64,000 nt of DNA from Pseudomonadota bacterium. Lineage in GTDB: Bacteria > Myxococcota_A > Polyangia > Fen-1088. A program made the translations under genes and the position numbers. The notes under the pieces were generated by a model. The model saw only the letters and a list, made by a program, of their open reading frames with translations. It made no database searches and was not told where the DNA came from. The DNA lies in the NCBI GenBank assembly GCA_017881245.1, contig JADGRC010000193.1, positions 21,747-85,746 of the forward strand, written 5' to 3'. Shown here one piece after another: positions 35,561 through 45,589 of this stretch (position 1 is the first letter of the stretch; every line of letters starts with the position of its first letter).

Positions 35561-36214
35561 ATGAGTCCTCTCATCTTTCGTCCAAAGCACAACACACTAG
35601 CCCGGCTGACGCTGGTTATTCTCGCTGCCGGTGGGGCTGGAACAGTCGGCGGGTTGTTTCTGTGGGTCCGCATGCCTTATGCGCGGAACATGCAGGCGCC
35701 CATCGAGCAGCCGTTGCAGTTCGACCACCGCCATCACACGCGGGACGAGGGGATCGACTGTCGTTACTGCCACAACACCGTGGACAAGAGCGCCTTCGCC
35801 GGCATTCCCCCGACCCAGTTGTGCATGAACTGCCATTCGCAAATCTGGAACAAGAGTCCAATACTCGATCCGGTTCGCCGGAGCTTCATCGACGACAAGC
35901 CCATGGTCTGGAATCGCGTCTACAAGGTTCCCGAGTTCGTTTATTTCAATCATTCCATCCACGTCAACAAAGGCGTCGGCTGCGTGACCTGTCACGGTCG
36001 CGTCGATACGATGGCCGCCGTCGAGAAGGCAACGACCCTGATGATGAGCTGGTGTCTCGACTGCCATCGGAATCCAGAAATGAACCTGCGGCCGGTCGAA
36101 GAGATCACCAACATGACCTGGCAGCCGGACGGCGACCCCGTCGAAGTCGCGCGGGTCCTCGCCGTGAAGAACAATGTCCACACACGCGTTAGCTGCACCA
36201 CGTGCCACCGATGA
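35561..36214 (+). CDS. actA: Alternative complex III subunit ActA (pentahaem cytochrome c)
   Basis: N-terminal TM anchor and five CXXCH motifs: CRYCH, CMNCH, CVTCH, CLDCH, CTTCH. Confidence 0.9.
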   Translation: MSPLIFRPKHNTLARLTLVILAAGGAGTVGGLFLWVRMPYARNMQAPIEQPLQFDHRHHTRDEGIDCRYCHNTVDKSAFAGIPPTQLCMNCHSQIWNKSPILDPVRRSFIDDKPMVWNRVYKVPEFVYFNHSIHVNKGVGCVTCHGRVDTMAAVEKATTLMMSWCLDCHRNPEMNLRPVEEITNMTWQPDGDPVEVARVLAVKNNVHTRVSCTTCHR

Positions 36215-39200
36215 AAAATGCCGAGGACAACAGCCCAGGCACGGAGGCCCACGGGAATTCGAACGAGGCGACCGAGCGGACCCTCGGTGGGCGTCCACGC
36301 GTGTCGCTTCCCATCGTCGAAGAGGCGCGCGCGGAGACGGAGACCCAGAGCCGCGAGCTACGGAAGTACTGGCGCAGCATCGCGGACAAGCAGGGCTCGC
36401 GCTCTATCGCGACCGCCGCCGCGCGGGAGTTTCCGCCAGGCGCCGGCGAGTTGTCCGACCCGAACCGTCGAACGTTCATGCAGCTCCTCGGTTCCAGCGC
36501 CGCGCTGGCCGGTGTCGCGGCCTGCCATCAGCCGCAGGAGCAGACCGTTCCCTTCGTGCGTCGGCCCGAAGAGGTGACGCCGGGTCTGCCTTTGCATTTC
36601 GCAACGGGCTACAGCCTCGAGGGATTCTCCAACGGCCTGCTGGCGGAAAGCCATGAAGGTCGTCCGACCAAGATTGAGGGCAACCCCGATCACCACGATA
36701 GTCTGGGAGCCGCGCGCGCGTTCGAGCAGGCGTTGTTGCTGGGACTTTACGACGACGACCGCGCGAAACAGATTCGACGGAAGGACGAGCCGATCGCTTG
36801 GCGGCAGTTCTTGGCCGATGTTGCCTTGTTGTCAGGCCGGCACGTCGCTGATGGCGGCGCCCGCCTGCGATTCTTGACCGACCCCACGGCTTCGCCCTTG
36901 TTGGGCGAGCTGCGCCAGCGTTTGCTGCTGAAGTTCCCGAACGCCAAGTTCACCAGCTACAGCCCTGTCGCGGGCGACGGTGCCGTGGACGGATTGGCTG
37001 CGGCCTATGGTCGCCCGGTCGAGGCGCGGCACGATCTGACGCGCGCGTCGGTGATCCTGGCGCTCGATTCGGACTTCCTGGGGGATGGCCCGGAGCAGCT
37101 TCGGCTCACGCGTCAGTTCTCTGCCCACCGGGTTCCGGGTCCCGGAATGAATCGTCTCTACGTCGTCGAGCCAGGTTTGTCGGTTACGGGGATGTCTGCG
37201 GATCACCGCTTGCGGTCACGTGCCGGCGATGTTTCCACTTTCGCGCAGGCCGTGGCGGCTGATCTCGCGGGCCGCCCGGGATTTTCGCAGTTGGCGGGTC
37301 TCGCGGGCAACGTGGCGGGGCACCCGGCCGGCACGCTGGACGCCAAGTGGGTGCGAGCGATCGCCTCGGATCTCGCCCGCAGTCGCGGCCGTTCGCTAGT
37401 CATCGCGGGACGGCGTCAACCCGCGGCAGTTCATGCGCTGGCCGCCGCTTTGAATGCGGCGCTCGACAATGTCGGTGTTACCGTCAGTTACGCGGAGCCG
37501 TTGCTGGCGGATGGGCGCGCGGGCTCAGCGCCCATCGCCGCGCTGGCGCAGGAGATGGCGGCTGGCCGGGTGGACACCCTGGTGATCACCGCCCGCAACC
37601 CGGGCTACTCCGCGCCGGCGGATCTGAAGTTCGACAGATTGCTCAGCCGGGTGCCGAACACCGTGTATCACTCTCTTTACGAAGACGAGACCGCCCAGTC
37701 CTGCACGTTCTTCGTCCCGGCAGCGCATCCCCTCGAATCTTGGGGAGATGGTCGCGCCACCGACGGTACCATCACAATCACCCAACCCTTAATCGCTCCA
37801 TTGTGGGGCGGCATTAGCGATATTGAGGTTCTGGGCGCGTTTCTCGGACAAGGGGATCGGGGGGCTCACAACGTCTTGCGCCAGTCGTGGCAGGACAAGT
37901 TGAGCTCAATTCCAGGCGCCACGGGCGGTGACTTCGATCAAATCTGGGAGAAGTGGCTCGCCGACGGCTTCATCGTGGGTACGGAGACTTCACCCTTGGG
38001 CGATCTAACCCTCGACTTCGCCGCGGTGGCGCGCGAAATTCAGACGGCGAACAAGGCAGCGCCAAGTGGGGCCGGGATCGAGATTGCCTTTGCCCCCGAC
38101 TACAAGGTTTTCGACGGCCGCTTCGCCAACGCCTCCTGGCTGCAGGAGTTGCCGGACCCCGTCACCAAACTGACTTGGGACAACGCCGCCCTCCTTTCGC
38201 CGACGACCGCGAAGGCCTTGGGCGTGGAGGTCGAACGAGACAGCGACCGGTTCTCGATTCTGGCTATCGAATATCGGGATCGGCACATCCGGGCCCCGGC
38301 GTTGATTGTCCCTGGACACGCCGATGACTGCATTACCCTGCCACTCGGGTACGGACGTGAGGGCTCGGAGAAGGTGGGACGCGGAGTTGGCTTCAACGCG
38401 GGTGCTTTGCGTACCAGCGAAGCGCCTTGGTTTGACCGCGGCGCTCAGGTCATGCGCGCGACCGGAATGCACCAGTTCGGGATCACGCAGAACCACTGGT
38501 CCGACGAGGGCCGTGAACCCGCCATGGAAGTGGCGTTGGAAGACTACAAAAACGAGCATTCGCCATTTCACGAGCGCGTCGAGGAGCGTCGAGGCGTTCC
38601 GACGACCATTCACACCCCCGTTGACTACAGCAAGCAGCAGTACAAGTGGGCGATGGCCGTGGATCTGAGCAAGTGCACGGGGTGCAGCGCGTGCGTCGTC
38701 GCCTGTCAGGCCGAAAACAATATTCCGGTGGTGGGTCAGGAACAGGTGGTCAAGGGCCGCGAGATGCAGTGGTTGCGGATCGATCGCTACTTTTCGGGCG
38801 AGATCGAGGACCCCGAAGTCGTTGTCCAGCCCGTCGCGTGTGTCCACTGCGAAACCGCCCCGTGCGAGTACGTGTGCCCCACCAACGCGACCGTGCATAG
38901 CGACGAAGGGCTGAACGAGATGGTCTACAACCGCTTCATAGGTACTCGTTACTGCAGCAACAACTGTCCCTACAAAGTGCAGCGCTTCAATTTTCTCGAT
39001 TACACGAGCGAGACCCCGGCCGTCCGGCGGATGGGGATGAATCCCGAAGTGACGGTGCGAAGCCGCGGAATCATGGAGAAGTGCACCTATTGCGTGCAGC
39101 GCATCGAGAAGAAGCGAATTGAAACCCGTATTGAAGGGCGGTCCATCGCGGATGGAGAGCTCCAGACGGCCTGCCAGCAGGGTTGCCCGTCGGACGCGAT

Positions 39201-39354
39201 CGTCTTCGGCAACCTGAATGATCCTCAGTCGCGGGTCGCCAAGCTGCACGCGGATCCGCGGCGATACGATCTTCTGCACGAGCTTGGCACCCGACCGCGT
39301 ACCGCCTACCTGGCGCGCGTGAGGAACCCCAACCCCGAGCTTGCCAAGGGCTAA
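36211..39354 (+). CDS. actB: Alternative complex III subunit ActB (molybdopterin-oxidoreductase-like B1 fused to Fe-S B2)
   Basis: ATGA overlap with actA. YWRSIADK...RRTFMQLLGSSAALAGVAA Tat motif. The C-terminal ferredoxin-type clusters are CTGCSACVVACQAENN, CVHCETAPCEYVCP, CSNNCPYKV and CTYCVQRIE. Confidence 0.9.
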   Translation: MKNAEDNSPGTEAHGNSNEATERTLGGRPRVSLPIVEEARAETETQSRELRKYWRSIADKQGSRSIATAAAREFPPGAGELSDPNRRTFMQLLGSSAALAGVAACHQPQEQTVPFVRRPEEVTPGLPLHFATGYSLEGFSNGLLAESHEGRPTKIEGNPDHHDSLGAARAFEQALLLGLYDDDRAKQIRRKDEPIAWRQFLADVALLSGRHVADGGARLRFLTDPTASPLLGELRQRLLLKFPNAKFTSYSPVAGDGAVDGLAAAYGRPVEARHDLTRASVILALDSDFLGDGPEQLRLTRQFSAHRVPGPGMNRLYVVEPGLSVTGMSADHRLRSRAGDVSTFAQAVAADLAGRPGFSQLAGLAGNVAGHPAGTLDAKWVRAIASDLARSRGRSLVIAGRRQPAAVHALAAALNAALDNVGVTVSYAEPLLADGRAGSAPIAALAQEMAAGRVDTLVITARNPGYSAPADLKFDRLLSRVPNTVYHSLYEDETAQSCTFFVPAAHPLESWGDGRATDGTITITQPLIAPLWGGISDIEVLGAFLGQGDRGAHNVLRQSWQDKLSSIPGATGGDFDQIWEKWLADGFIVGTETSPLGDLTLDFAAVAREIQTANKAAPSGAGIEIAFAPDYKVFDGRFANASWLQELPDPVTKLTWDNAALLSPTTAKALGVEVERDSDRFSILAIEYRDRHIRAPALIVPGHADDCITLPLGYGREGSEKVGRGVGFNAGALRTSEAPWFDRGAQVMRATGMHQFGITQNHWSDEGREPAMEVALEDYKNEHSPFHERVEERRGVPTTIHTPVDYSKQQYKWAMAVDLSKCTGCSACVVACQAENNIPVVGQEQVVKGREMQWLRIDRYFSGEIEDPEVVVQPVACVHCETAPCEYVCPTNATVHSDEGLNEMVYNRFIGTRYCSNNCPYKVQRFNFLDYTSETPAVRRMGMNPEVTVRSRGIMEKCTYCVQRIEKKRIETRIEGRSIADGELQTACQQGCPSDAIVFGNLNDPQSRVAKLHADPRRYDLLHELGTRPRTAYLARVRNPNPELAKG

Positions 39355-39360
39355 TCGAAC

Positions 39361-40782
39361 ATGGCCAGCACTTCCACCGCCGCCGTTCCCTCGAAAGATC
39401 CGTTAGAGCCCGCTCTTCTCATCGAGGGGGTGCAGACCGACGCGTCGCTCAACGACTCTCTGTTTGGCCACGTCTGGGCGTTGCCTGGCAAAGGCTGGTG
39501 GGGCCTGTTCGGCATCGCCTTGATGGGGCTGACCCTCCTGATCGTCGCTCTGACATACACTCTGGCCAAAGGCATCGGTGCTTGGGGAAACAATATTCCG
39601 GTCGGCTGGGCCTTCGATATCATCAACTTCGTTTGGTGGATCGGCATTGGTCACGCCGGTACGTTGATCTCGGCAATCCTGCTGCTGTTGCAGCAAAAAT
39701 GGCGCACGTCGATCAACCGATTCGCCGAGGCGATGACGCTCTTCGCTGTCATCTGTGCGCTCCTTTTCCCGTTGTTTCACACCGGACGGCCGTGGTTCGC
39801 GGCGTATTGGCTTCTGCCGTATCCGAGCGTCAACGGAATTTGGCCGCAGTTCAAGAGCCCTCTCGTGTGGGACGTCTTCGCGGTGTCGACCTACTTCACC
39901 GTCTCGTTGCTGTTTTGGTTTCTGGGGCTGATCCCCGACCTTGCCTCGCTACGCGATTCTTCCAAGAGCCCCACGAAGCGCTTCATCTACGGGATCTTCG
40001 CCATGGGTTGGCGGGGATCGGGACGCCATTGGGCCGAATACAAGTGGTCTTATCTCTTGCTTGCAGGGCTGTCGACACCGCTGGTTTTGTCCGTTCATAC
40101 GATCGTGTCCTTCGATTTCGCCACCTCGGTCTTGCCAGGCTGGCACACGACGGTGTTCCCGCCGTATTTCGTGGCCGGCGCGGTCTTCTCGGGCTTCGCG
40201 ATGGTGCTGACTTGGATGGTGCCCGCCCGCCATTTCTTGGGGCTCAAGCACGTCATCACGATGAAGCACCTCGAGAACATGAACAAAGTCATCCTGGCCA
40301 CCGGGTTGATGGTGTCCTACGGCTACGTCATGGAGCATTTCATCGCGTGGTACAGCGGAAACCCCTATGAGATGGCGATGTTCTTCAATGTCCGGCAGCG
40401 TGGACCGTTCGCCCCCGTGTACTGGTTGATGATCTTCTGCAACGTTGTCGTCCCCCAGATCTTCTGGTTCAAGAAGGCGCGTACCAGCCTTCCGATCATG
40501 TGGCTAGCCGCAATTCTCGTGAATGTGGGAATGTGGTGCGAACGGTTCAACATCATCGTCACTTCGTTGCATCGCGACTTCCTGCCGTCCAAGTGGGAGC
40601 TCTACGCGCCCACCTGGGTGGATTGGAGCATTTATCTTGGAACCATCGGGTTGTTCTCGACGCTCTTCCTCTTGTTCCTGAAGTTCGTCCCCGCCGTGGC
40701 GGCGACCGAGGTCAAGGAACTGCGGCATGAGATGGCACATCAAGCTCACGGCGTGTCGGTGGCCGGGGAGGCGCACCGATGA
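39361..40782 (+). CDS. actC: Alternative complex III subunit ActC (NrfD/PsrC-like quinol-interacting membrane subunit)
   Basis: Polytopic membrane protein with the NrfD-like pattern ([28 protein letters not shown]). Position follows actB. Confidence 0.9.
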   Translation: MASTSTAAVPSKDPLEPALLIEGVQTDASLNDSLFGHVWALPGKGWWGLFGIALMGLTLLIVALTYTLAKGIGAWGNNIPVGWAFDIINFVWWIGIGHAGTLISAILLLLQQKWRTSINRFAEAMTLFAVICALLFPLFHTGRPWFAAYWLLPYPSVNGIWPQFKSPLVWDVFAVSTYFTVSLLFWFLGLIPDLASLRDSSKSPTKRFIYGIFAMGWRGSGRHWAEYKWSYLLLAGLSTPLVLSVHTIVSFDFATSVLPGWHTTVFPPYFVAGAVFSGFAMVLTWMVPARHFLGLKHVITMKHLENMNKVILATGLMVSYGYVMEHFIAWYSGNPYEMAMFFNVRQRGPFAPVYWLMIFCNVVVPQIFWFKKARTSLPIMWLAAILVNVGMWCERFNIIVTSLHRDFLPSKWELYAPTWVDWSIYLGTIGLFSTLFLLFLKFVPAVAATEVKELRHEMAHQAHGVSVAGEAHR

Positions 40783-41333
40783 GTCACAACGGCGGCTTTC
40801 GTCCGCGCCGTTTCGTGCTCGGTCAGTTCGCTGACTCCGATACGCTTTTGTCAGCGACGCGGCTGATGCGCGAAAAAGGGCATCGGAACCTGGACACACA
40901 CACGCCCTATCCGGTGCACGGCATAGAGGCGGCGCTGGGTCTCGGGCGCGCCAAGATCCCGACCTTGGTGCTCCTGGGTGCAATCGCGGGCGCATGCGTC
41001 GCGTACGGGATGATTTACTACATGAACGCGTTCGATTTTCCGATCAACGTGGCGAACCGCCCCCCCCACAGCCCGCCAACCCAAATTCCCATAACGTTCG
41101 AATTAGCCGTCCTGCTAGGCAGCTCGGCCGCGTTTTTCGGGCTCTTCGGACTGCTGAAACTGCCCGAGCCCTATCACCCGGTTTTCGAAGCCGAGTCTTT
41201 CCGCCGCGCGAGCATCGACGCGTTCTTCGTTTCTGTCGAGGTGCCCGAGGGTACGAACCCCGCGGACGTCGCGGTGGACCTGCGTGGGTTCGGTAGCACC
41301 GACGTTCAGATCATCGAGGAATCGGAACGATGA
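40779..41333 (+). CDS. actD: Alternative complex III subunit ActD (DUF3341)
   Basis: [42 protein letters not shown], two TM helices, and overlaps with both neighbours. Confidence 0.8.
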   Translation: MSHNGGFRPRRFVLGQFADSDTLLSATRLMREKGHRNLDTHTPYPVHGIEAALGLGRAKIPTLVLLGAIAGACVAYGMIYYMNAFDFPINVANRPPHSPPTQIPITFELAVLLGSSAAFFGLFGLLKLPEPYHPVFEAESFRRASIDAFFVSVEVPEGTNPADVAVDLRGFGSTDVQIIEESER

Positions 41334-41959
41334 TCCGGCGACTGGTGCTGTGGATTTCGCTCGTCGCGCCGTTGTGCGTGGCCGCTTGCAGCGAGCAATT
41401 GTTGAACCCAATGGCGGATCATCGCCAACCGCGCGAGCGCGCCTACCGCCCCAGCGACTTCTATGCCGATGGGCTTGCCATGCGCGCGCCGCCCGCCGGG
41501 ACCGTCCCGCACGAACGTCGGACCATGGCACCGATCTTGACGACGGGCATCGCGAGCTACACGGGCCAGATCGCCCCCAACGGCGAGCGCATCGCCCGTT
41601 ACGCCAGCAAGATTCCCATGCCGGTCACGCCTGAGTTGCTGTCTGTGGGGCGTAAGCGGTACGACATCACGTGCGGGACCTGCCACGGGCCACTCGGCGA
41701 CGGGAACAGCATCGTCGCAAGGCAGATGTCGCTTCGGCCGCCGCCGTCGCTGCATCTGTACGCCTCCCGAGCGCCCGGGTACATCTTTCAGGTGATAAAC
41801 CACGGGTTCGGGCTGATGGCCTCTTACGCGGCCGAGTTGTCCGTCGAGGAGCGGTGGGCCGTCGTGGCCTACGTTCGAGCGCTGCAGGTCAGTCAAAACG
41901 TTCCGGTCGGCGCGCTTCCGCCCGACGCGCGGCGCCAGCTCGAACAGGAGAAGCCGTGA
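41330..41959 (+). CDS. actE: Alternative complex III subunit ActE (monohaem cytochrome c lipoprotein)
   Basis: Lipobox LCVAAC and a single CGTCHG. MASYA provides a candidate Met ligand. Confidence 0.85.
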   Translation: MIRRLVLWISLVAPLCVAACSEQLLNPMADHRQPRERAYRPSDFYADGLAMRAPPAGTVPHERRTMAPILTTGIASYTGQIAPNGERIARYASKIPMPVTPELLSVGRKRYDITCGTCHGPLGDGNSIVARQMSLRPPPSLHLYASRAPGYIFQVINHGFGLMASYAAELSVEERWAVVAYVRALQVSQNVPVGALPPDARRQLEQEKP

Positions 41960-43143
41960 AAGTGGACCTGCAGAAGTTCGACGGAGCCCGCTCGCTGATG
42001 ACCGGCGCTGGGGCGGTTGGCGTCCTGGGCATCGCCGCCACATTGGCTGGCGTCGCCTCGGATCCGCGGCCTGCGCTGTTCTCTTACCTGTGGGCCTTCG
42101 CGTATTGGGGCGGCATCGCCCTGGCTTCGGTCGTTCTGTTGCAGATCTTCCACGCCGTCCGCGCCAAGTGGATGGTGGTGTTGCGCCGTGCCCTCGAGAT
42201 CATGGCGGTCACGGTCATCCTGTTTCTGATTCTTTTCATCCCGATCGCAACTGGGATGAAGCATCTGTATTCCTGGGTCGAGCCGCGCGCCGACTTGTCG
42301 CGGGAGGCGTTGGCCCTTCTGCGTCACAAGGAGCCCTATCTGAACACGACCTTCTTCATCGTCCGGAGCGTCTTTTATGTTCTTCTAGCGGGTGTCGTTT
42401 CGCAGCGCTTGTTCGGCTGGTCGATCAAGCAGGATACCACCGGCGACGTGCAGCTCACCGCCCGCCAACGGCGCTTCGGGACGGGTGCACTGCCATTTAT
42501 TGCGCTCTCGTTCAGTTTCGCGGCCTTCGATTGGTTGATGAGCCTCGAGCCGCTTTGGTTTTCAACGATCTATGGAATCTACTTTTTCGCGGGTAGCTTT
42601 CTGAGCACGATCTCGTTTCTGGTCATCCTGACGGATCGCGCCCGGGGGAAGAATCTCTACGGCGATCTGGTCACGGACGAACACGTCCACAACCTCGGCA
42701 AGCTGATGCTGGCCTTCACGGCGTTCTGGGGATACATCGGGTTCTCGCAGTTCATGTTGATCTGGATCGCGGGCCTCCCGGAAGAAGTCCCGTTTTACAT
42801 CGTTCGCCTGAAGGGGGATTGGGCCGCCATCGGCGTCTTCCTGATACTGGGAAACTTTTTCATTCCGTTCGGGGCGCTCTTGTCCCGATCGCTGAAACGA
42901 AATCGATCCCGATTGGCCCTGGTGGCCTTCTGGATCCTGCTGGTCCACGCGGTGGATCTTTACTGGTTGATCATGCCCACGCTCAGCCCCGATGGTCTGA
43001 CGTTTCACTGGACGATGGTCACCGCGTTTTTCGGCATCGGGGGGCTGACGATCGCGTTCGGGCTGTGGCGAATCCGTGGTCAGTTCACGGTCCCCGTGCG
43101 CGATCCTTATCTGGCCGATTCCCTAGCCTACAGGCAGCCCTAG
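41956..43143 (+). CDS. actF: Alternative complex III subunit ActF (second NrfD-like membrane subunit)
   Basis: GTG start at 41956 in a GTGA overlap with the actE stop. The upstream part of the track ORF (41671-) overlaps actE out of frame. Polytopic membrane protein. Confidence 0.85.
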   Translation: MKVDLQKFDGARSLMTGAGAVGVLGIAATLAGVASDPRPALFSYLWAFAYWGGIALASVVLLQIFHAVRAKWMVVLRRALEIMAVTVILFLILFIPIATGMKHLYSWVEPRADLSREALALLRHKEPYLNTTFFIVRSVFYVLLAGVVSQRLFGWSIKQDTTGDVQLTARQRRFGTGALPFIALSFSFAAFDWLMSLEPLWFSTIYGIYFFAGSFLSTISFLVILTDRARGKNLYGDLVTDEHVHNLGKLMLAFTAFWGYIGFSQFMLIWIAGLPEEVPFYIVRLKGDWAAIGVFLILGNFFIPFGALLSRSLKRNRSRLALVAFWILLVHAVDLYWLIMPTLSPDGLTFHWTMVTAFFGIGGLTIAFGLWRIRGQFTVPVRDPYLADSLAYRQP

Positions 43144-43146
43144 ATC

Positions 43147-43635
43147 ATGAGCGACGCGCATTCTCACGGCAGTTCGCACGGACCGCACCAGGGCGGCCAC
43201 GCGTCTGGTAACGACGACATGAATCTGGGTAAGATCGTGATTATCGGGGTGGTGTCACTCACGATCTTCGCGGCCGGGATCGTCTGGTCGTATCGGCTGA
43301 TGGTGGGGCGCCAAGCCGAGATCAACGCCCATGGAATGGCCCGGGTCCCATCGGAGATCGGCAAGCCCGAGATCGGAATCGTCGATCAGGTGCCGTTTTC
43401 GATCGACCACCGTCTGGAGATATGGAAGGCGGAGTCCGCGAAGCGTTTGTCCACCTACGGCTGGATCGATCGCGCCAAGGGCGTGGCGCGCATTCCGATC
43501 GAAAAGGCCATGGAACAGGTCGTCGCCTCGCCGCCAGATATTCCAGGTGAGGGTGTTCCACCGGCCGGGCAAATGCGCGTCGTTCCCGTGGCGCCGCCGT
43601 CCGCCGGTGTGTCCGATCCAGGTAGGTCGCCATGA
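43147..43635 (+). CDS. Single-pass membrane protein with a His-rich N-terminal tail, in the ActG-like position
   Basis: MSDAHSHGSSHGPHQGGHASGNDD, then TM IVIIGVVSLTIFAAGIVWSY, then a periplasmic domain of about 110 aa. Starts 3 nt after actF. ATGA overlap with the SCO gene. Confidence 0.6.
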   Translation: MSDAHSHGSSHGPHQGGHASGNDDMNLGKIVIIGVVSLTIFAAGIVWSYRLMVGRQAEINAHGMARVPSEIGKPEIGIVDQVPFSIDHRLEIWKAESAKRLSTYGWIDRAKGVARIPIEKAMEQVVASPPDIPGEGVPPAGQMRVVPVAPPSAGVSDPGRSP

Positions 43636-44549
43636 GTCGAATCAAGCTCGGGCAAGCCGGCGCCGGCCGGGCCGTCCTGTGGATGGGACGCACCTCTTCC
43701 TGGATGGTGGCGTCGCATTTCGCGGTGCTGGTCATCCTGTCGGTGCATCCGGTCGATGCCCAAGCCTCGGATCGTCGTTTGCCGCCGGCGTTTCCCCAGG
43801 GCGGCGAGCAGCCGCTGGCCGCCCTTCAGGATGTCGACGTCATCGAGCACTTGGGCGACCGGATCCCCGCCGGTTTGATGTTTCGAGACCCCGATGGTCG
43901 CAAGGTCGAGCTCGACGCCTTGCTGGGCGGGCGACCCTTGCTGGTTACGCTTGGGTACTACCGTTGCCCCATGTTGTGCAATCTTGTCCTGGACGGCCTC
44001 GCCAAGGCGATGAAGGGCTCGGGCCTTGTGCCAGGCAAGGACTTTCAGGCGGTCTCGATCAGTATTGACCCCAACGAGGACGCCAAGCTGGCGCGCGAGA
44101 CAGGCGACCGAATGTTGCGCGTGATCGGCGGTGAACCGGATCCCGGGCGTTGGCCGTTCTTGCTCGGGGACGCCGTTGGCAGTCGTGCCCTGGCCGACGC
44201 TGTCGGCTTCAAGTACGCCTACGACTCGCTCAGTCAGCAGTTCGCCCATGCCGCGGTCGCGTTCGTGTTGACGCCCGATGGACGCGTGTCCAGGTACCTC
44301 TACGGCGTAGAGGTTTTGGCGAGGGACTTTCGCTTGGCCCTGGTCGAGGCGGGTGGGGGACGGGTGGGCACATCCTTCGATCGCGTCTTGCTTTCCTGTT
44401 TCAAGTACGACCCCATCAACCGCAGATACGCACCATACGTCATGGGCTTCATGCGCATTGGCGCCGGGCTGGTCTTTGTCGCTTTGGCGACGCTGATGAC
44501 CGTGCTCTGGCGAAAGGAGCTGGTCATGAGGAGAAGGAGGGTCGCATGA
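43632..44549 (+). CDS. SCO1/SenC-family copper chaperone (thioredoxin fold) with a C-terminal TM helix
   Basis: LLVTLGYYRCPMLCNLV (CxxxC) and the conserved His in QFAHAAVAFVLTPDG. Confidence 0.85.
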   Translation: MSRIKLGQAGAGRAVLWMGRTSSWMVASHFAVLVILSVHPVDAQASDRRLPPAFPQGGEQPLAALQDVDVIEHLGDRIPAGLMFRDPDGRKVELDALLGGRPLLVTLGYYRCPMLCNLVLDGLAKAMKGSGLVPGKDFQAVSISIDPNEDAKLARETGDRMLRVIGGEPDPGRWPFLLGDAVGSRALADAVGFKYAYDSLSQQFAHAAVAFVLTPDGRVSRYLYGVEVLARDFRLALVEAGGGRVGTSFDRVLLSCFKYDPINRRYAPYVMGFMRIGAGLVFVALATLMTVLWRKELVMRRRRVA

Positions 44550-45589
44550 ACGAGATCATGCGGACCATTCTTTGGCTGCCGGAGCAGGCATCCACGTTCG
44601 CCAAGCAGGTGGACGAATTGCACTATTTCGTCATCACCGTGACGATGGTCAGTTCGGTCGCCGTCGGACTGTTGGCGTTCGGCTTCTTCTTCAAGTATCG
44701 GCAGCTTCGTCCCCGCCAGTCGACCCCCGCCGTGATTCCCAGCGTCAGGTTCGAATTGGCGGTGGTCGTCGTACCGCTGGTGTTCTTTCTCGCCTGGTTC
44801 GTGCAGGGTTACCGAGACTACGTTTGGTACACCACGCCGCCCAAGGACACGATGGATGTCTACGTGATGGCGAAAAAATGGATGTGGAAGTTCGCCTATC
44901 CGGATGGGCCGAACGCCGTCGGCACCCTGCATGTTCCAGCGAATCGTCCCGTTCGCCTGCTGCTCACGAGCCGGGACGTCATTCATTCCTTCTTCGTACC
45001 CGACTTTCGTATCAAGATGGACGCCCTTCCGGGTCGCTACACCGAGACCTGGTTCGAGGCGACAAAGCCGGGCCGATACCAGGTTCTGTGCGCCGAGTAT
45101 TGCGGGACGTGGCATTCGCAAATGTGGGGCGAGATTGTGGTCATGCCACCCGCTGAGTACGACGCCTGGATGTTGCACCAGCGGGCGGGCTTGGTGGAAC
45201 GCGTGGACACCGGCGGCGACGATGGTCCTGGTTTTCACGGTACCCTGGTCGAATACGGCAAGAAGGTCGCGATGGCCCAAGGGTGTCTGAAGTGCCATTC
45301 GTTGGACGGCGATCCGCACATCGGTCCAACCTGGCTCGATCTCTATCGTCGGCTCGAAACCCTGGAGACCGGCGAGACCGTCATCGCCGACGAGGCCTAC
45401 CTGACGGATTCGATGATTGATCCACGGGCCAAGATCGTGAAGGGGTATAAGCCGGTGATGCCGACGTACAGAGGAAAGTTGGCGGCTCCGGACGCGGCGG
45501 CCCTGGTGGAGTTCATCAAGTCATTGCGCAGCCAGAACCTGGACAACGTACCGTCCAAGGAAGCGATCTATGAGCCAGTACACCGATAG
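44546..45589 (+). CDS. coxB: Cytochrome c oxidase subunit II with a fused C-terminal cytochrome c domain (caa3-type)
   Basis: Start at the ATG at 44546 (ATGA overlap with the SCO stop). CuA ligands VIHSFFVP and CAEYCGTWHSQM. C-terminal CLKCH. Confidence 0.9.
   Translation: MNEIMRTILWLPEQASTFAKQVDELHYFVITVTMVSSVAVGLLAFGFFFKYRQLRPRQSTPAVIPSVRFELAVVVVPLVFFLAWFVQGYRDYVWYTTPPKDTMDVYVMAKKWMWKFAYPDGPNAVGTLHVPANRPVRLLLTSRDVIHSFFVPDFRIKMDALPGRYTETWFEATKPGRYQVLCAEYCGTWHSQMWGEIVVMPPAEYDAWMLHQRAGLVERVDTGGDDGPGFHGTLVEYGKKVAMAQGCLKCHSLDGDPHIGPTWLDLYRRLETLETGETVIADEAYLTDSMIDPRAKIVKGYKPVMPTYRGKLAAPDAAALVEFIKSLRSQNLDNVPSKEAIYEPVHR

Noticed and set aside
44735-44760. T-loop-like strings (GGTTCGAAT at about 44749, and similar at 25231 and 33291) checked as possible tRNA genes.
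   Set aside because: All lie inside well-supported coding sequences. They lack flanking acceptor and anticodon stem complementarity.
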